Assembly: GCA_964016885.1 (NCBI GenBank) | Contig: OZ024742.1 | Location: forward strand, 354,144,001-354,208,000 | DNA length: 64,000 nucleotides | Reading direction: 5' to 3' | DNA from: Eledone cirrhosa | Taxonomy: Eukaryota | Part shown: positions 45,601-57,583 of the stretch, piece by piece | Layout: each line of letters begins with the position of its first letter | Position numbering within the stretch: the first letter of the stretch is position 1 | Position numbers and translations under genes: made by a program | Notes under the pieces: model-generated | Databases searched by the model: none | Told to the model about the DNA's origin: nothing | What the model saw: only the letters and a program-made list of their open reading frames with translations

Positions 45601-45675
45601 AAACCACCCACACCCGGATATGTCTCCGCAAACAGTAATTCTCTTCTCGAATGGGCCATGGTGCCCAAATCCTGA
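42655..45675 (+). CDS. LINE ORF2: AP endonuclease + reverse transcriptase
   Basis: LTETHL, GGTAIY, YRPP, GDFNLP, LDLIF, SDH; NYRPISLTS, QHGFR, YLDFSKAFD, GVPQGTVLGPLLF, FADD, RPHLEY; no internal stops; the frame is open from 42538. Confidence 0.97.
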   Translation: MLPLTNKQINNTPKQLKPSTLASTFLLNAQGISPSTNTQKWKIKFLEDWIDVHPNHIPFFVLTETHLSNLHLEAEVKVKNFKAIRADRAGRRKGGTAIYVHNSFSTEAMNIFTNGYCEAVTVFSQTNNLLVVGLYRPPQTPVPCFKECLNSIKCFIQECHPDNILMMGDFNLPGVDWSTNTLPPGSSASTSDREAVESLLDFMDDFFLSQLVLEPTRCHKNVLDLIFSNHTDNIHNIAVEKTLLSDHDMVLCDLRFHRPIYKPNVISPVHPFDAMDFHNANWEAISHDLAHVDWSFTHTHTPTNIKKSWQTFVDTVTNICAKHTPLRTINKSKSRIPRNRKTLIRKIKRTNKKINKLKYCQQQHINLTAISSLEIKKHNLQNNIMSLINNQRRAEEAWAIEKIKLNPKVFFSFAKKHKITGSTVGPLIDENGTLQDNAKTMGEILQKQYCSVFSNPDMADLGCIGDVTPHYTLSDITFGAPDVLAAIKEIKHNSAVGPDRFPACVLKACQHQLASPLANLWRNSLDAGYVPENLLSQSVVPVFKKGNKSLAMNYRPISLTSHIIKVFERVVRSRMTHFLESNNMLNSNQHGFRNGRDCLTQLLHHFDDILRALGEGSNTDVIYLDFSKAFDRVDHNILLRKLSNIGVTGKLLQWIKSFLSNRTQHVVVEGVKSSPAKVSSGVPQGTVLGPLLFIIYINDITDIIKHSNIKIFADDSKLQKVINGVDDRISLQSDLLAVTQWAEKNNMLLNEDKFELIHFGKEDALKLPYSLPSGETLVASNNIRNLGVTVDSNISWTTHISSKVDMARRMCSWILRTFQSRDSRTIILLFSTFARPHLEYCCPLWSPHTKQSIMKLEAPQRAITKKIDGMSDLDYWGRLENLKLYSLQRRRERYIICMMWKMFHHHCPNDVGIAFKIHPRLGPRAIRPIQKSKSQLITTIRHNYFTSIGPALFNITPGHVKTETDHTKFKKALDKFLQVIPDKPPTPGYVSANSNSLLEWAMVPKS

Positions 45676-45759
45676 ATTGAAAGACTTCGCCAGGTGGTGC
45701 TATTAAGTTAGACATGGCCTGGGCCAATACTGGCCAAAACATTTCAAAGTTATTCAAAG

Positions 45760-45823
<64 letters not shown>

Positions 45824-46054
45824 GTAGATGTACACTTTAACTTAATTGTTTAAGCGTCAGTTATACAAAAGTGAGTTAGAAGCGAAACGAAATTTAATTT
45901 CGTTTCGTTATTTGTTTTTTATCGTTTCCGCTGAACCGGTGCGTACAATGACTCACGTTCTATGCAAATTAGTCTACCCACTACTAATTTTCATAGAAAA
46001 AGCATATAACGATATGTGCTTTTACAATTCTCCAGAGAAGCCGGAAGATGGGTA

Positions 46055-46099
46055 AATATTGCTGATGAGATGTAATAACATCGAAACTAGTCCAATATT
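46055..46099 (+). ncRNA. Textbook minimal type I hammerhead ribozyme
   Basis: aatattg CTGATGA gatgt-aata-acatc GAAA ctag TC caatatt; GUC cleavage predicted after 46092. Confidence 0.93.
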
Positions 46100-46328
46100 C
46101 CTGTCTGGCCCTCTGGAGAACAGAGGAAATGTGTTTCCTTGAAAATTCGTATGACTCTAAAACCCGGTCCGCCTGTGTGGTTACATACAGACTAGCTGAC
46201 ACTCACTGTAAAGTGTCTAGTGAAAAGCTGAATACATGTACATATGTATACATGTGTGTATTTATATGCATACTAATACTTCCGTATACATATATAGATG
46301 TACACTTTAACTTAATTATATATATATA

Positions 46329-46454
<126 letters not shown>

Positions 46455-46462
46455 ATATACAT

Positions 46463-46987
46463 GAATGGAACAGAATGAAACGAAATTTCATTTCTCACTT
46501 TTAGTACGGCACTTACTTAAATGCAAGTATGTATATATACGTACATACATATATGTATACAGACGTACAGTAGCATGCATATATATATATATATATATAG
46601 GTACACATATATATATATGCACGTATCAGTTTACCGAACATTTATTATAATGTTCGTTTCATTCTATTCCATTTATCGTTTTCGGTGCGCCTGGCCGACT
46701 AAACTCACTCGATATGCAAATTGGGCTGCTCAGCCGTTAGTTTTCATAAGGAAAGTATATACTTTCGGACGTTCAACCATCTGGCAGAAAGGTATACGGT
46801 GCTGACGATAGCTAACAAGCTTGAAACTAGTACATCGTTCCTGTGTCAGTGTTGAACAAAAAGGTGACGTGGTTGCCTAAACACTGTACGGCGTAAATCA
46901 GGCTGTTCGTTTGTTTACAAACGAACAAAGCGAACATTATAATAAATGTTCGGTAAACTGATACTTGCATATATATATGTGTGCCTG

Positions 46988-47018
<31 letters not shown>

Positions 47019-47133
47019 GCATGCTACTCTACGTCTGTATACATATATGTATGTACGTATACATACATACTTGCATTTAAGTAAGTGCCGTCGTAAGAGT
47101 GAAAAATGAAATTTCGTTTCATTCTATTCCATT
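46463..47133. repeat. Inverted repeat (~195-bp arms) enclosing an HHR unit
   Basis: 46463-46657 vs 46929-47133. Confidence 0.85.
46796..46838 (+). ncRNA. Minimal hammerhead, diverged relative of 46055
   Basis: acggtg CTGACGA tagc-taacaa-gctt GAAA ctag TA catcgt. Confidence 0.85.
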
Positions 47134-48730
47134 TATATATATATAGGTCTTTCACTATTTATCTCACTGGTAATAAGGAAGTAATAAATTACTGTCTTTC
47201 ATTGTTTAGGTTTTAAAATATATATACCTATAAATAGTGTTAGTATATACATAACCATAAATAATATCCTTAATACTATATATATATATCACACACTTAC
47301 TTGGCGGCAGGTTGCTAAATCCCATCCATATACTCCTCATAATAGAGTATGTAACCTGTGCCTTGCCGAATCCCACTCTATTATATTTGCTAAATGCCCT
47401 CTACTAAATAGAAAGTCTGAAATATTTTCCTCTTGCCCCCACCGAATATTAAGCTCTTTCTTCTACTTTAAACCTGTTAGCTAGCACTTCCTTATTCCTC
47501 CAGTTGGGCTGTCTTGTGTAACTGTCTCTGATTGTGTGTAACTGTCTCCTATTGTTGGTCGTCTATGTATATGAGTCGGTGAATGTATACGTATGCCTGT
47601 GGGAGGATATTGATCTGGATATTGGGGTGTACAGGTGAGTGGGTGTGTATGTTAATAAGCACCCCTCTTTGGCACAGCGGATGTAACCCATCCACGCTCG
47701 CCTACCCACCATTGGTGCATTGGTGGGTCTATCCTGACGTATATCTTGTGGATCTGTACCTCTGTATGCGCATGAGTTGTGATGTAATGTATTTATGTAA
47801 AGCGTGTACTGTGATTTAGGCTGCACTAATAGAAATTTAGCCTGTAACTGTGGGCGGACCTGTGCCATCCCGCCGTAAGCAGTGGATACGTGGCGCATGT
47901 ACGTGTTGCCCTCATATTCTGTGGTTTAAGATCTACAGGCTGACTTCTGGGAGCTCTTGCCCGGGGTTGTAGTCTTTCTAGCACGATCGGCCTTCCATAT
48001 ATTGACGGTCGTTGTTATGATCCCGAAAGTAACGTTTTGGCCCCGATAGCCCTCCGTAGTTACTAACGGTCTGTGTACACTTGAATCGGGCAATGGCACG
48101 TGCGGATATGATTATCTCCGTAGGATTTCAACTTTATTTTACTACATCTCATCGTATGTATTTATTTTGAATGTATTATCCGTGGTGGTGGGTCTGGCCT
48201 AATGTGGTATTTCGGTGTTTAATATCAGCTTTGACCCGGGTGTCCTACGCTGTGTGTGTGTGCGTGTGTGTCCGTGTATACATTTATATGTGTATGGGTG
48301 TAGGTGGTTGTATATGTCTGTATATAAAAAAATATATATATATATATGTATACCGTCTCTGCATATGCATGTGGTGTGTATATGTGCATATACGTGCTGA
48401 ACATATTGATGTGTACAATCTTGTGATGTCCCAATGCGGTGACTTAATGGCTCTTGAAGCTATTGTTTATATATCTTCTGTCTTTTTATACATCTTTTGT
48501 ATGCGCTCCAACTGTGTCTGCTTGCTTTGGCTAACCCGCCTGCACCTCGCTTGCTAATGCACGTGAATTCTCCTACCGTCCTTCGATGCACCTCTCTCTG
48601 ACCATTGGACTCCTGCCCGGGTGTGAACCGGTTTGTGATTACCCCACCGCTCAACTGTGTGAATGCACACCCGCGACTTTCGAGTGAACTTTTGAGACTG
48701 CCCAACCTGGGACGCCTCCATTGCCTTGCA

Positions 48731-48891
48731 ATGGTCAAGTGATACTGGTGACTGTGACACTTAGTGCCTTCGTGGGCCCCTGATATTTTCAAGAAATATA
48801 TTTAAAAAAAATGGTCAAGTGATACACATAACTGTGACACTTAGTGCCTTCGTGGGCCCCTGATATATTCAAGAGATATATTCTAAAAAAA
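48731..48891 (+). repeat. 80-bp tandem duplication
   Basis: atggtcaagtgatac...actgtgacacttagtgccttcgtgggcccctgatat x2. Confidence 0.9.
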
Positions 48892-48985
48892 TATATATCT
48901 TATCTCAATTTACTTTATTTCATTTTATTTTATTTTATTTCATTTCATGTTATCTAATTTTATTTATTTACTTATTTAATTCCAT

Positions 48986-49020
<35 letters not shown>

Positions 49021-49029
49021 CTTATTTAC

Positions 49030-49061
<32 letters not shown>

Positions 49062-49092
49062 ATTTAATTTTAATTTTAATTTTAATTTTAAT

Positions 49093-49151
<59 letters not shown>

Positions 49152-49580
49152 TTACATTTAATTACATTTAATTATATCTTATATTATATTATTTTAATTT
49201 AGTCTATTTTATTTTATTTTATTTTCTTATATATATTATAAGTCTGTTTTTCACCTATTTTTTACCTACTCTTACCTAATCCTATCTATCTTATCTACTC
49301 TTGTCTGTTCTCTTATCCATGTGTATGCTTGTATGTAACTATATGTTGACAGCACCCCGCCCAACTGTGACTGATAGCACCCCTTATTTTTCATTGTTTA
49401 TTTTATTATCTTATTTTTATTTTTATTTTTATTTTTATTTTTATTTTTATTTTTATTTTTATTTTTATTTTTATTCTTATCTTTATTTTTACTTTTACTT
49501 CCTTAATATCCTTTATCGTCTATTATTATTTTTCATTCTTCAATGTCTTGGATTTGTTATTGCTTGTATGGTATGTAATT

Positions 49581-49644
49581 AATCTTTATGCTCTGATGAG
49601 TCCCCCTTATAGTGCGGATGAAACAATGTTAGCAAGTAAAGATT
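49581..49644 (+). ncRNA. Minimal hammerhead at the end of a pLTR-like tract
   Basis: aatcttta-tgct CTGATGA gtcc...ggat GAAA caatg TT agca-ag-taaagatt. Confidence 0.8.
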
Positions 49645-49675
49645 GCATATGCTATAGGTGTTCTTTGTTATTTAT

Positions 49676-49766
<91 letters not shown>

Positions 49767-49767
49767 T

Positions 49768-50290
49768 AATATTAAGGATAATATTTATGGTTATGTATAT
49801 ATTATACTCGTTATAGTTATGTCTATTTTAAACCTTAAACTGTGATGGTCAGTAATTTATTACTACCTTATTACCAGTAAGATAAATAGTTCAATGTAAT
49901 AACATCATTTTTTCTACAGAGCAGTTATATAGAATTCTCAAGAATCAAAGCTATGTTAAAAGCATTTATTCACTTACAATTGTTTCATCCAAACCTAGGC
50001 TCTGATTCTTCGGAGCATTTGTCAATGTTTGTACATATAATTTACCTCCTTTCCAACGCAAGTGACATACAGATACATATATATATATATATATATATTG
50101 ATGTATAGTGGAGTGACATATATTATACTATACTATTTTTGTACAGCAATTCAAATTCAAAATTAAATCAAAATGAAAATCAAAATTAAAGAAAAAATCA
50201 AAATTAAAATACATTCGGCAGAAAACACAGATAATGCAGGAGGATAGTTTGATCGTCAGATCTAGTAGGTAGTGTATGCGTTAGTTACAC
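49768..50290 (-). mobile_element. Family J repeat with hammerhead variant at 49971-50017
   Basis: tgct CCGAAGA atcagagcctaggtttggat GAAA caattg TA agtg. Confidence 0.75.
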
Positions 50291-50879
50291 ATGGAGCATG
50301 CCAGTGTGTCTCATTTATATACGTTTATTGTGTGGCGGGTGTTTCATGTAATGCACGCACTTTAAGCGGGTAAGCAAGAGTATTATGGTGGTTGTAGTGG
50401 TAGGGTATTATTTGTATAGATAAAAAAAGTATGTGTGCAGAAAAAATAAAAATAAAAATAAGAAGCGAAAGAAAGTTATAGTGTTCGTATCCACCACCAT
50501 TTTCACATTCAGAAAAAGAAGTAAGGTTTTAACATCCATCACATAAGTAACGATGATTCCGTAATGAATGTTTGATGGATTAAATCATTGTAGCGTATTG
50601 AGGCTCGGTGTTATTTAATCCATATTTATAGAATAGGTTCTTTCTGCTGCGAGAATTTACAGTGTTTATTACCCGGAAGTAGGTGTGTAATTAAGGGGAG
50701 TTAATGCCTAAGGGGAGGTAACTAGCTGATTCTCATAACTAAATTCATTGTTCTAACATACATTATATGGTGCCTCAATTGAGTCCCTTATATAAACGGT
50801 TATATTTTTATATCTAGTTTTCAATTTTACATACAGTCTACTCTATCATAATGTACTAAAGGTAACCATAGTAAGTTGA

Positions 50880-52825
50880 TTACTCCGTATCATATAGTGC
50901 TAAAGTCTTCCTGGTATCGACAAATCAGTGTGTTTAATCTGGTCATTGTTTTTGATTAGTGGTAGTTTTTTACTGTTTCATAGTAATTAGTATTTTGTAA
51001 GAGAGAGAACATAGAATTTTCATATTTTTCAGCATCCATACTGACATGGGTACTTCCCTTGTCCGCTTCCTTAATCATAATGTTCGTATTGTTTTTTAGT
51101 TCATGGATAATCTCCCATGCCCTTCGACTCGTGTTGGGTTTGGGTTTAGGTTGCGGTAGTTTATGGTATGGGAAAGTAGCTATGTGGTCACAAAATTTGT
51201 CCAGAACTCTGTTTCTACCTTTTGTTGGATTGTAGCTGCTTTTATTCCGTACAATTGATACGTCGTTATTCTCCTTGTCAAAGAATTCCTCTGTGAGAAG
51301 TAATTTTCTACAGAAGTGTGAGATATCGTCATTTATCTCATTGGAGTTAGAGTATTGTGGTGTTGGTGTGAATTTCAGTCCTTTGGAGATAATTTTTACT
51401 TGTTGGGCTGAGAGGTTTGTATTTTAAAGATTGATTATTTTCGGTTTTTCAAAATCGGTTTGTGCCACCGGGTGTCGTCGGTCCTGTAGCCTTGGTCTAA
51501 AAAATGATTTTTTCTGGAATGTTTTGTCAATGGTATTATTATATCTAATGGTATTTCCCCTGTTGCTGTGTGGTCTTGTATAGAAGTTTCGGACGTAATG
51601 AGTTTCGGTTTGTTGATAGTCCGGTTTGTAGATTTTCTTCCTTTGTGTGGGTTGGGATCAATGGTTTTGGAACAGACTCTGTGTGGGCAGGGGTCTACGG
51701 TATTGGAATAGGTTTTGTGTGGGTTGTGATCTGCGGATCGGGTCCTGTCTTGTGTTGGGGGATCTTCGGTTTTTGTTAGTAGGGTTATAGTTTTGTCTAT
51801 GGGTTCTGGGATTATCGTTATAGTTTTGCTGGGGGTATGTTGGACGTTTTGTTACTTTTTTTGTTATTTGTTTTTCATGTGGTGTGTGAGTTTTAGTTTG
51901 TTTTAAAAATGGGTTACCTGTATGTTGTTCACTTATGAAGTTCATTTCGTAGTTGTTGAACCAGGTGGCCTTGTTTTGCCATCGCTGGAGGGATGTTAGT
52001 TCCTCATCCTCACAGTTTTCCTTCCAAAGTTTTAAGTTTTTTTCGTAGAGGAGGTCTTCAGAGTGCTTTGAGATTTATGTGTCCATCTGTTGGTCGAGTG
52101 ACTTGAATTCTTCTTCGTTGGAGTTGGCTCTTAATCGCAACAGTTCTATTTCTATTTTAAATTTTTCTAACGCCATATTTGCCCTAAGTCTTTGTTGGTT
52201 TTCTGGTTCATTCGGGATGGGTTTTATTTGGAGTGTTTTGGGGAGGATGATTGGGGTAGAGTTTAGCCACTTTTCATATATGTTTGTCTTGCCATTATTT
52301 TTTAGGAGATTCCAAAAGACGAATTTGGGGTCTGTGAGCTTTTGAGTTCATATATTGATTAGGGTGTTTTTCACTGAGTGGATATATCGTAGATTGGGTT
52401 CTAATGGTTGTTCCAGCTTTTGGAGCATTGCTGTTTCAATGATTTCGATTAGGTTGAGTTCATTTCAGATGTCCTGGTTCAGTGAGTTGTTGTTTTGTTG
52501 AGACTTTGGTGGCATTTTCGGTCTTCGTGTGGTGAGTATGTATTACAGAATTTAAAATAACCGAGGTGTTCTACACGAGTGCAAGTATAAAGAAAAAAGA
52601 TGAAATCGAAAATTCAACTGGAGTCTTATTTTAAAAAAAATAGATATATTTATTTGGTTCCTTTACCGGTTTCGCAGTTCTTCTACTTTTCAAAAGTAGA
52701 GTTGAGATGGAGTGTCTGTGGTTTTTCTCACACCTGGTTGGTCCTTAAATGCTACTTGTTTTATATGGAAAAAAAGTGGCTCGAACAGCCTGTTTTTAGA
52801 GAAGTAATTTGATTGTTTGGTCAAT
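50880..52825 (-). pseudogene. Decayed Penelope-like element 5' half (leader ORF + RT N-terminus)
   Basis: ATG at 52515; IINL*NTNLS...ISKGLKFTPTP...IMIKEADKGS; several stops; decayed HHR at 52661-52696 in the 5' leader. Confidence 0.8.
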
Positions 52826-52827
52826 AA

Positions 52828-52883
<56 letters not shown>

Positions 52884-52910
52884 GTATATATATGTATATG
52901 TATATATATG

Positions 52911-52967
<57 letters not shown>

Positions 52968-52971
<4 letters not shown>

Positions 52972-54621
52972 AGTAAGGCAATCAAGGATATGAAGACTGG
53001 TAAGGCGGCTGGGCCTTCGGAAATAGTTGCTGAGATGCTGAAGGCATCTGGCACGGTGGGACACACCATGGTCACCCGCATAGTTAACCAAGTCGTACAG
53101 AATGGGGTTGTTCCGAAGGACTGGCATAGCAGCATCATCGTTAACTGTTATAAGGGTAAAGGAGACGCCCTAGATAGGAGTAACTATAGAGGCATTAAAT
53201 TAATCGACCAGGTCATGAAGGTCACGGAAAAAGTAATAGCGCAACTAATCAGAGAGAGAATTGATCTAGATGAAATGCAGTTCGGGTTTGTGTCAGGCAA
53301 AAGCACCACAGACGCTCTTTTCATAGTACGACAACTACAGGAGAAGTACCTAGCTAAAGGTAAACCCCTCTACTTAGCTTTTGTCGACCTGGAGAAAGCC
53401 TTCGACAGAGTCCCCCGCTCCATTATCTGGTGGGCTCTTAGAAAACTAGGCGTTGACGAATGGCTTGTGAGGGCTATACAAGCCATGTATAAAGAAACAG
53501 TCAGCAAGGTTAGAATTAACAACGAATATAGTGAAGAGTTTAGCGTAAAAGTTGGCGTCCATCAGGGCTCTGTTCTCAGCCCCCTACTATTTATTATTGC
53601 CCTTCAGGCTATAACAGAGGAGTTCAAGACAGGCTGCCCATGGGAACTCCTATACGCAGACGACCTGACACTCATAGCGGAATCAATGGCCGAGCTAGAG
53701 AAGAAATTCCAAACATGGAAGCACGGCCTAGAGTCAAAAGGACTTAAAATTAACCTGGCTAAGACCAAAGTTCTAGTTTGTAGGAAAGAAAACAAGGCGG
53801 CGGTCCCTTCTGGGAAATGGTCGTGCTCGGTATGTAGGAAAGGCGTAGGTAGAAACTCCATCTTATGTCCTAAATGCAAAGTATGGGTGCATAAAAGATG
53901 TAGTGGGATCACAGGTAAGCTAACTAAGAACATAGACTTTACATGTGGCCGGTGTTCTGGTGCAATAAGTAGCAGCAAGTGCCCACAAAATACTAGCTCT
54001 TTCAATTGCGCAGAGGGTTCTATAGAAATAGTGGACAGCTTCCGTTACCTGGGCGATAAAATCAGCAGTGGGGGAGGGTGCTCTGAAAGTACTGTAGCTA
54101 GAGTCAGAACTGGTTGGAAAAAGTTCAGAGAGCTTATACCACTATTAGCTGCTAAAGGGTTCTCCCTAAAAATGAAAGGCAGGTTGTACGATGCCTGCAT
54201 ACGAACAGCAATGTTGCATGGTAGTGAGACCTGGGCATTGTGTGCAGAGGATATACGCAGACTAGAGAGGAACGAAGCTTGCATGCTCCGCTGGATGTGT
54301 AACAGTAATATACGTGAACGGCAAAGCATAAACGAACTAAGGAAAAAATTAGAGATAAGAGGGATCAGATGTTGTTTACTCGAGAGAAGGCTGCGTTGGT
54401 ATGGACACGTGATGCGCATGAAAGTCGATAGCTGTATTACAAAGTGCAGGGCAATAAAGATAGACGGTAGCCACGGAATAGGCAGACCTAGAAAAACATG
54501 GGATGAGCTGATAAACTCCGACCTCACACACTTACACCTCTCCAAGACAATGTCACTGGACCGTGACCTTTGGCGGTACTCAGTAACAGAGAAGACCCGC
54601 CTTGCCAGTAGGCATCTCTAA
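52968..54621 (+). CDS. RTE reverse transcriptase with Cys-rich PHD-like insert (truncated; the predicted start in TA repeat is spurious)
   Basis: [38 protein letters not shown]...CPKC...HKRC...[19 protein letters not shown]. Confidence 0.93.
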
Positions 54622-54973
54622 CAAAATACACCCCTCCCGCCGCCACCCCCACCCCATCCACACCACCCCGTTCTATGTAAAGTTGTGTTGGTGCCGCGCC
54701 ATCCAGGCCGAAACAAATGAGATCGTGTAGGTGTCACGACAAAAAAAACACACAGTCCACGCTGTAATGTGGCCGTGTAGGCAACACGGTAAAAACCTCC
54801 CAGACCCACACTGTAAATGTGGTTGGTGTTAGGAAGGGCATCCAACTGTAGAAAACCTGCCAGACAGTCCTATGCGAGCAAGACAATCACTCTTGCCTCA
54901 AGTGGGACTACCCCCGTCCAAACCCATGCAAGCGTGGAACACGGACGTTAAACGTTGATGATGATGATGATGA

Positions 54974-54978
<5 letters not shown>
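52968..54978 (+). mobile_element. 5'-truncated RTE-clade LINE with (TGA)n tail
   Basis: Open RT ORF to 54621, 3' UTR, ends aacgttgatgatgatgat... Confidence 0.95.
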
Positions 54979-55064
<86 letters not shown>

Positions 55065-55927
55065 TATATATATATGTATGTATATATATATATATGTATG
55101 TATATATATATACTAGCATTAAAGCCCGGCGTTGCTCGGGGTCAGTATGTTACCAAAGTTAGGTTGCACCACCCATTTTATAGCAGCACGTTTTTGTCTG
55201 CCAGGCACTGGTTGAATGAATTGCAAACCTGCACTGCCGAAGCAGGAGCTGCGCCAGCAGTGACAATTGTAGTTTCGCATATTGATATTATCTCTGTGCA
55301 AAGAAATGTTCAAGTTTATTGTTTCACAGTACTTGCGAAACACCCGCGTAGACGATGCCAGCCGAACAACAGGGCTGCGATGGAGTTGTTCTGCATGACA
55401 TGTTTTAACGGGGGAGGGGGTGGATTGAAAGAACCGCAAACAGGGTCCTGAAAACATTGTCGAATTATGACAACCAAAAAATAGGAAGAGGGGTCATTTT
55501 ATGGTTGGTGCATCATGTACGTCAGACGTAGAAGATGCGCCTGCTGCTGTGCCGAAGGAGGATGGGAAATAGAGCTGAGCGGAGGACAGGTGTTGGTGAA
55601 GTGTGAAGTAATTGCAGGGAAACGCCTAAAAATGTAAATGCCGTCATTAAAGCATTGTTGACACTTTGAGAGTCGTACGGAGATGAAATACTAACCTGTC
55701 CACGTTCCTCCGAGGCCCACCAAACGGGGGTTGATGAGGAGCAACAGCTGATATTTGAGTAAGGTCGGAGTTGCAATGAAGCGTTGTAACGCCGCCAGAA
55801 TCAGCCTTTGTACGGCCAATGGTGGGGAGTGTCAAGTACACTGCAGTGACGGTTAACCTACTTAGAAATTACTCACGAAAAGGCAAACAATAAAAAAAAA
55901 GTTATAAAATTAGGAATCGAACTAATC

Positions 55928-57583
55928 CTATAAAACCTCCTTGTACACAATGTTTTTTGTTTTTCCTTGCAGAACTAACGCGAAATAATCACTATTGCTG
56001 CCGACACGCCAGCAGCACACGTAAGGCTGACCATGAGAGAAACAGGGCTCCCCCAAATATATTCCAGCGACAAACAATGTTTGTCCCTGCGCTTTGATAA
56101 TTGACATTGCGAAGCATGGCCTGACCGGGAACTGGGACCTCCGAAATGTGAAAGGTAGGTCTGCTCCTGAGGGGAAAAGATGCATCCTCGGTATGAGCAC
56201 AACCTTGCCCCGACCGCACCCTGTGATTATCGTGGCCTCAATCAGATTGGGAGCTAAGGACTTAACGACCAAACGTGTGCCAATGCATTGTTTCGGCGGA
56301 ACCAAATTTCGAATGAGCATTATAGGGGCACCAACTTTAAGTTTCAAAATGTGTGGGGGTAATCCGGGGGACTCAAAGATATTGAGTACCTCTATTGGAT
56401 AGCTGATGACGTCCTCGGAGTCAGGAGTTCTATCGATAGACTTATATACGTAGCCATCCCCAGGAATGAGTTTTAGCATTTGTTCATTAATATGGTTAAC
56501 AGTGTTATTCCTCGGGGCCAAAATAGTCCTTTGGGCAAGGCAATCCAGATTCTGATAATTTGCTTGGAGATCTAGGAACACTGCATCCCTGAGATCAGAA
56601 GGCGTACTAACAACGGTACAAAGTGAGTCGATGGCAATATTACCCTTTTCATCCCCAGGCATTTTGCCTTCGCCAAGTGCAAGGAGGGTGTGAGAAACTA
56701 CTGCTGATGTGATATCACCTCGCATATGAGCACGCATGTTAGTGTAAAGTTTCAGAGTCTTCACCAGGGGCCAAAATGCGGATGACTTAAGACACGCACG
56801 TACTACATGAGCTCTAGTCCCCTTGGGAATAACGGGAAGCGTTTGCCTGAAGTCCCCTAAAAGAAGTGTTATGCCTTCCATTGGAGCCGTAGAGTTTTTG
56901 ATGTCTCTCAGAGTTATATCGAGCGCCTCAAGAGCTCCTCTGTGGGCCATCGTACATTCGTCCCAAACGATAAGCTTGCATCGTCTGAAGGCTTCTGCCT
57001 TATCGGAGCTCTTACTGATGTTGCAAGTGGGTGTATCAGTCATCGCTAAGTCAAGCGGGAGCTTGAAATAGGAGTGAACTGTCCTACCGCCCGGCAACAA
57101 AGTAGCCGCAATTCCAGATGATGCCACAGCTAAGGCAATGCCTTCTGTTCGCCTAATCTCAGCTAATATTAATTTGGTGACAAAGGTTTTCCCAGTTCCC
57201 CCAGGAGCGCCCAGGAAAAAAATCCCCCCAGCTTTGCTCCGGACAGAATTAACAACGGAGTTGTAAGCGAATTTCTGTTCTAGAAGGAGCTTTGGCTCAT
57301 TCTCCGCTATGTACTGGGCAAGCACGTCAACATTATAAGATGTCTCACGCAGCAAATCCGAAGACAGAGTGTTTGCGCCTTCCCTGTTTGTTGAAGGTAG
57401 GCCATACACAGCCAACGCACTACCGCCCATATCGAGAACAGTATCTTCGATTTCAAGCAGCGCCCTGTTGTAAATGAGGTCACTGTACCCGACCTCCATC
57501 GATGGGTTTAGCAACTGATCGTGACGCAGGAAATCTTCAGACATGTTAATCTTTGTAGCTAAGCCATAAAGAGGCCGCATCAC
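55928..57583 (-). pseudogene. Helitron PIF1-like helicase domain
   Basis: APGGTGKTF, VASSGIAA, WDECTM, GDFRQTLPV, ILAPRN, GLPPH.L.LKVG, QFPVRPCFAMS..KAQGQT, NIVYKEVL. Confidence 0.93.

Larger units (their letters stand above)
40790..45762 (+). mobile_element. Apparently intact full-length CR1-type LINE
   Basis: 5' UTR with tandem repeats, two open ORFs, short 3' UTR ending in ttcaaagtta repeats followed by (TA)n; 5' boundary approximate. Confidence 0.9.
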
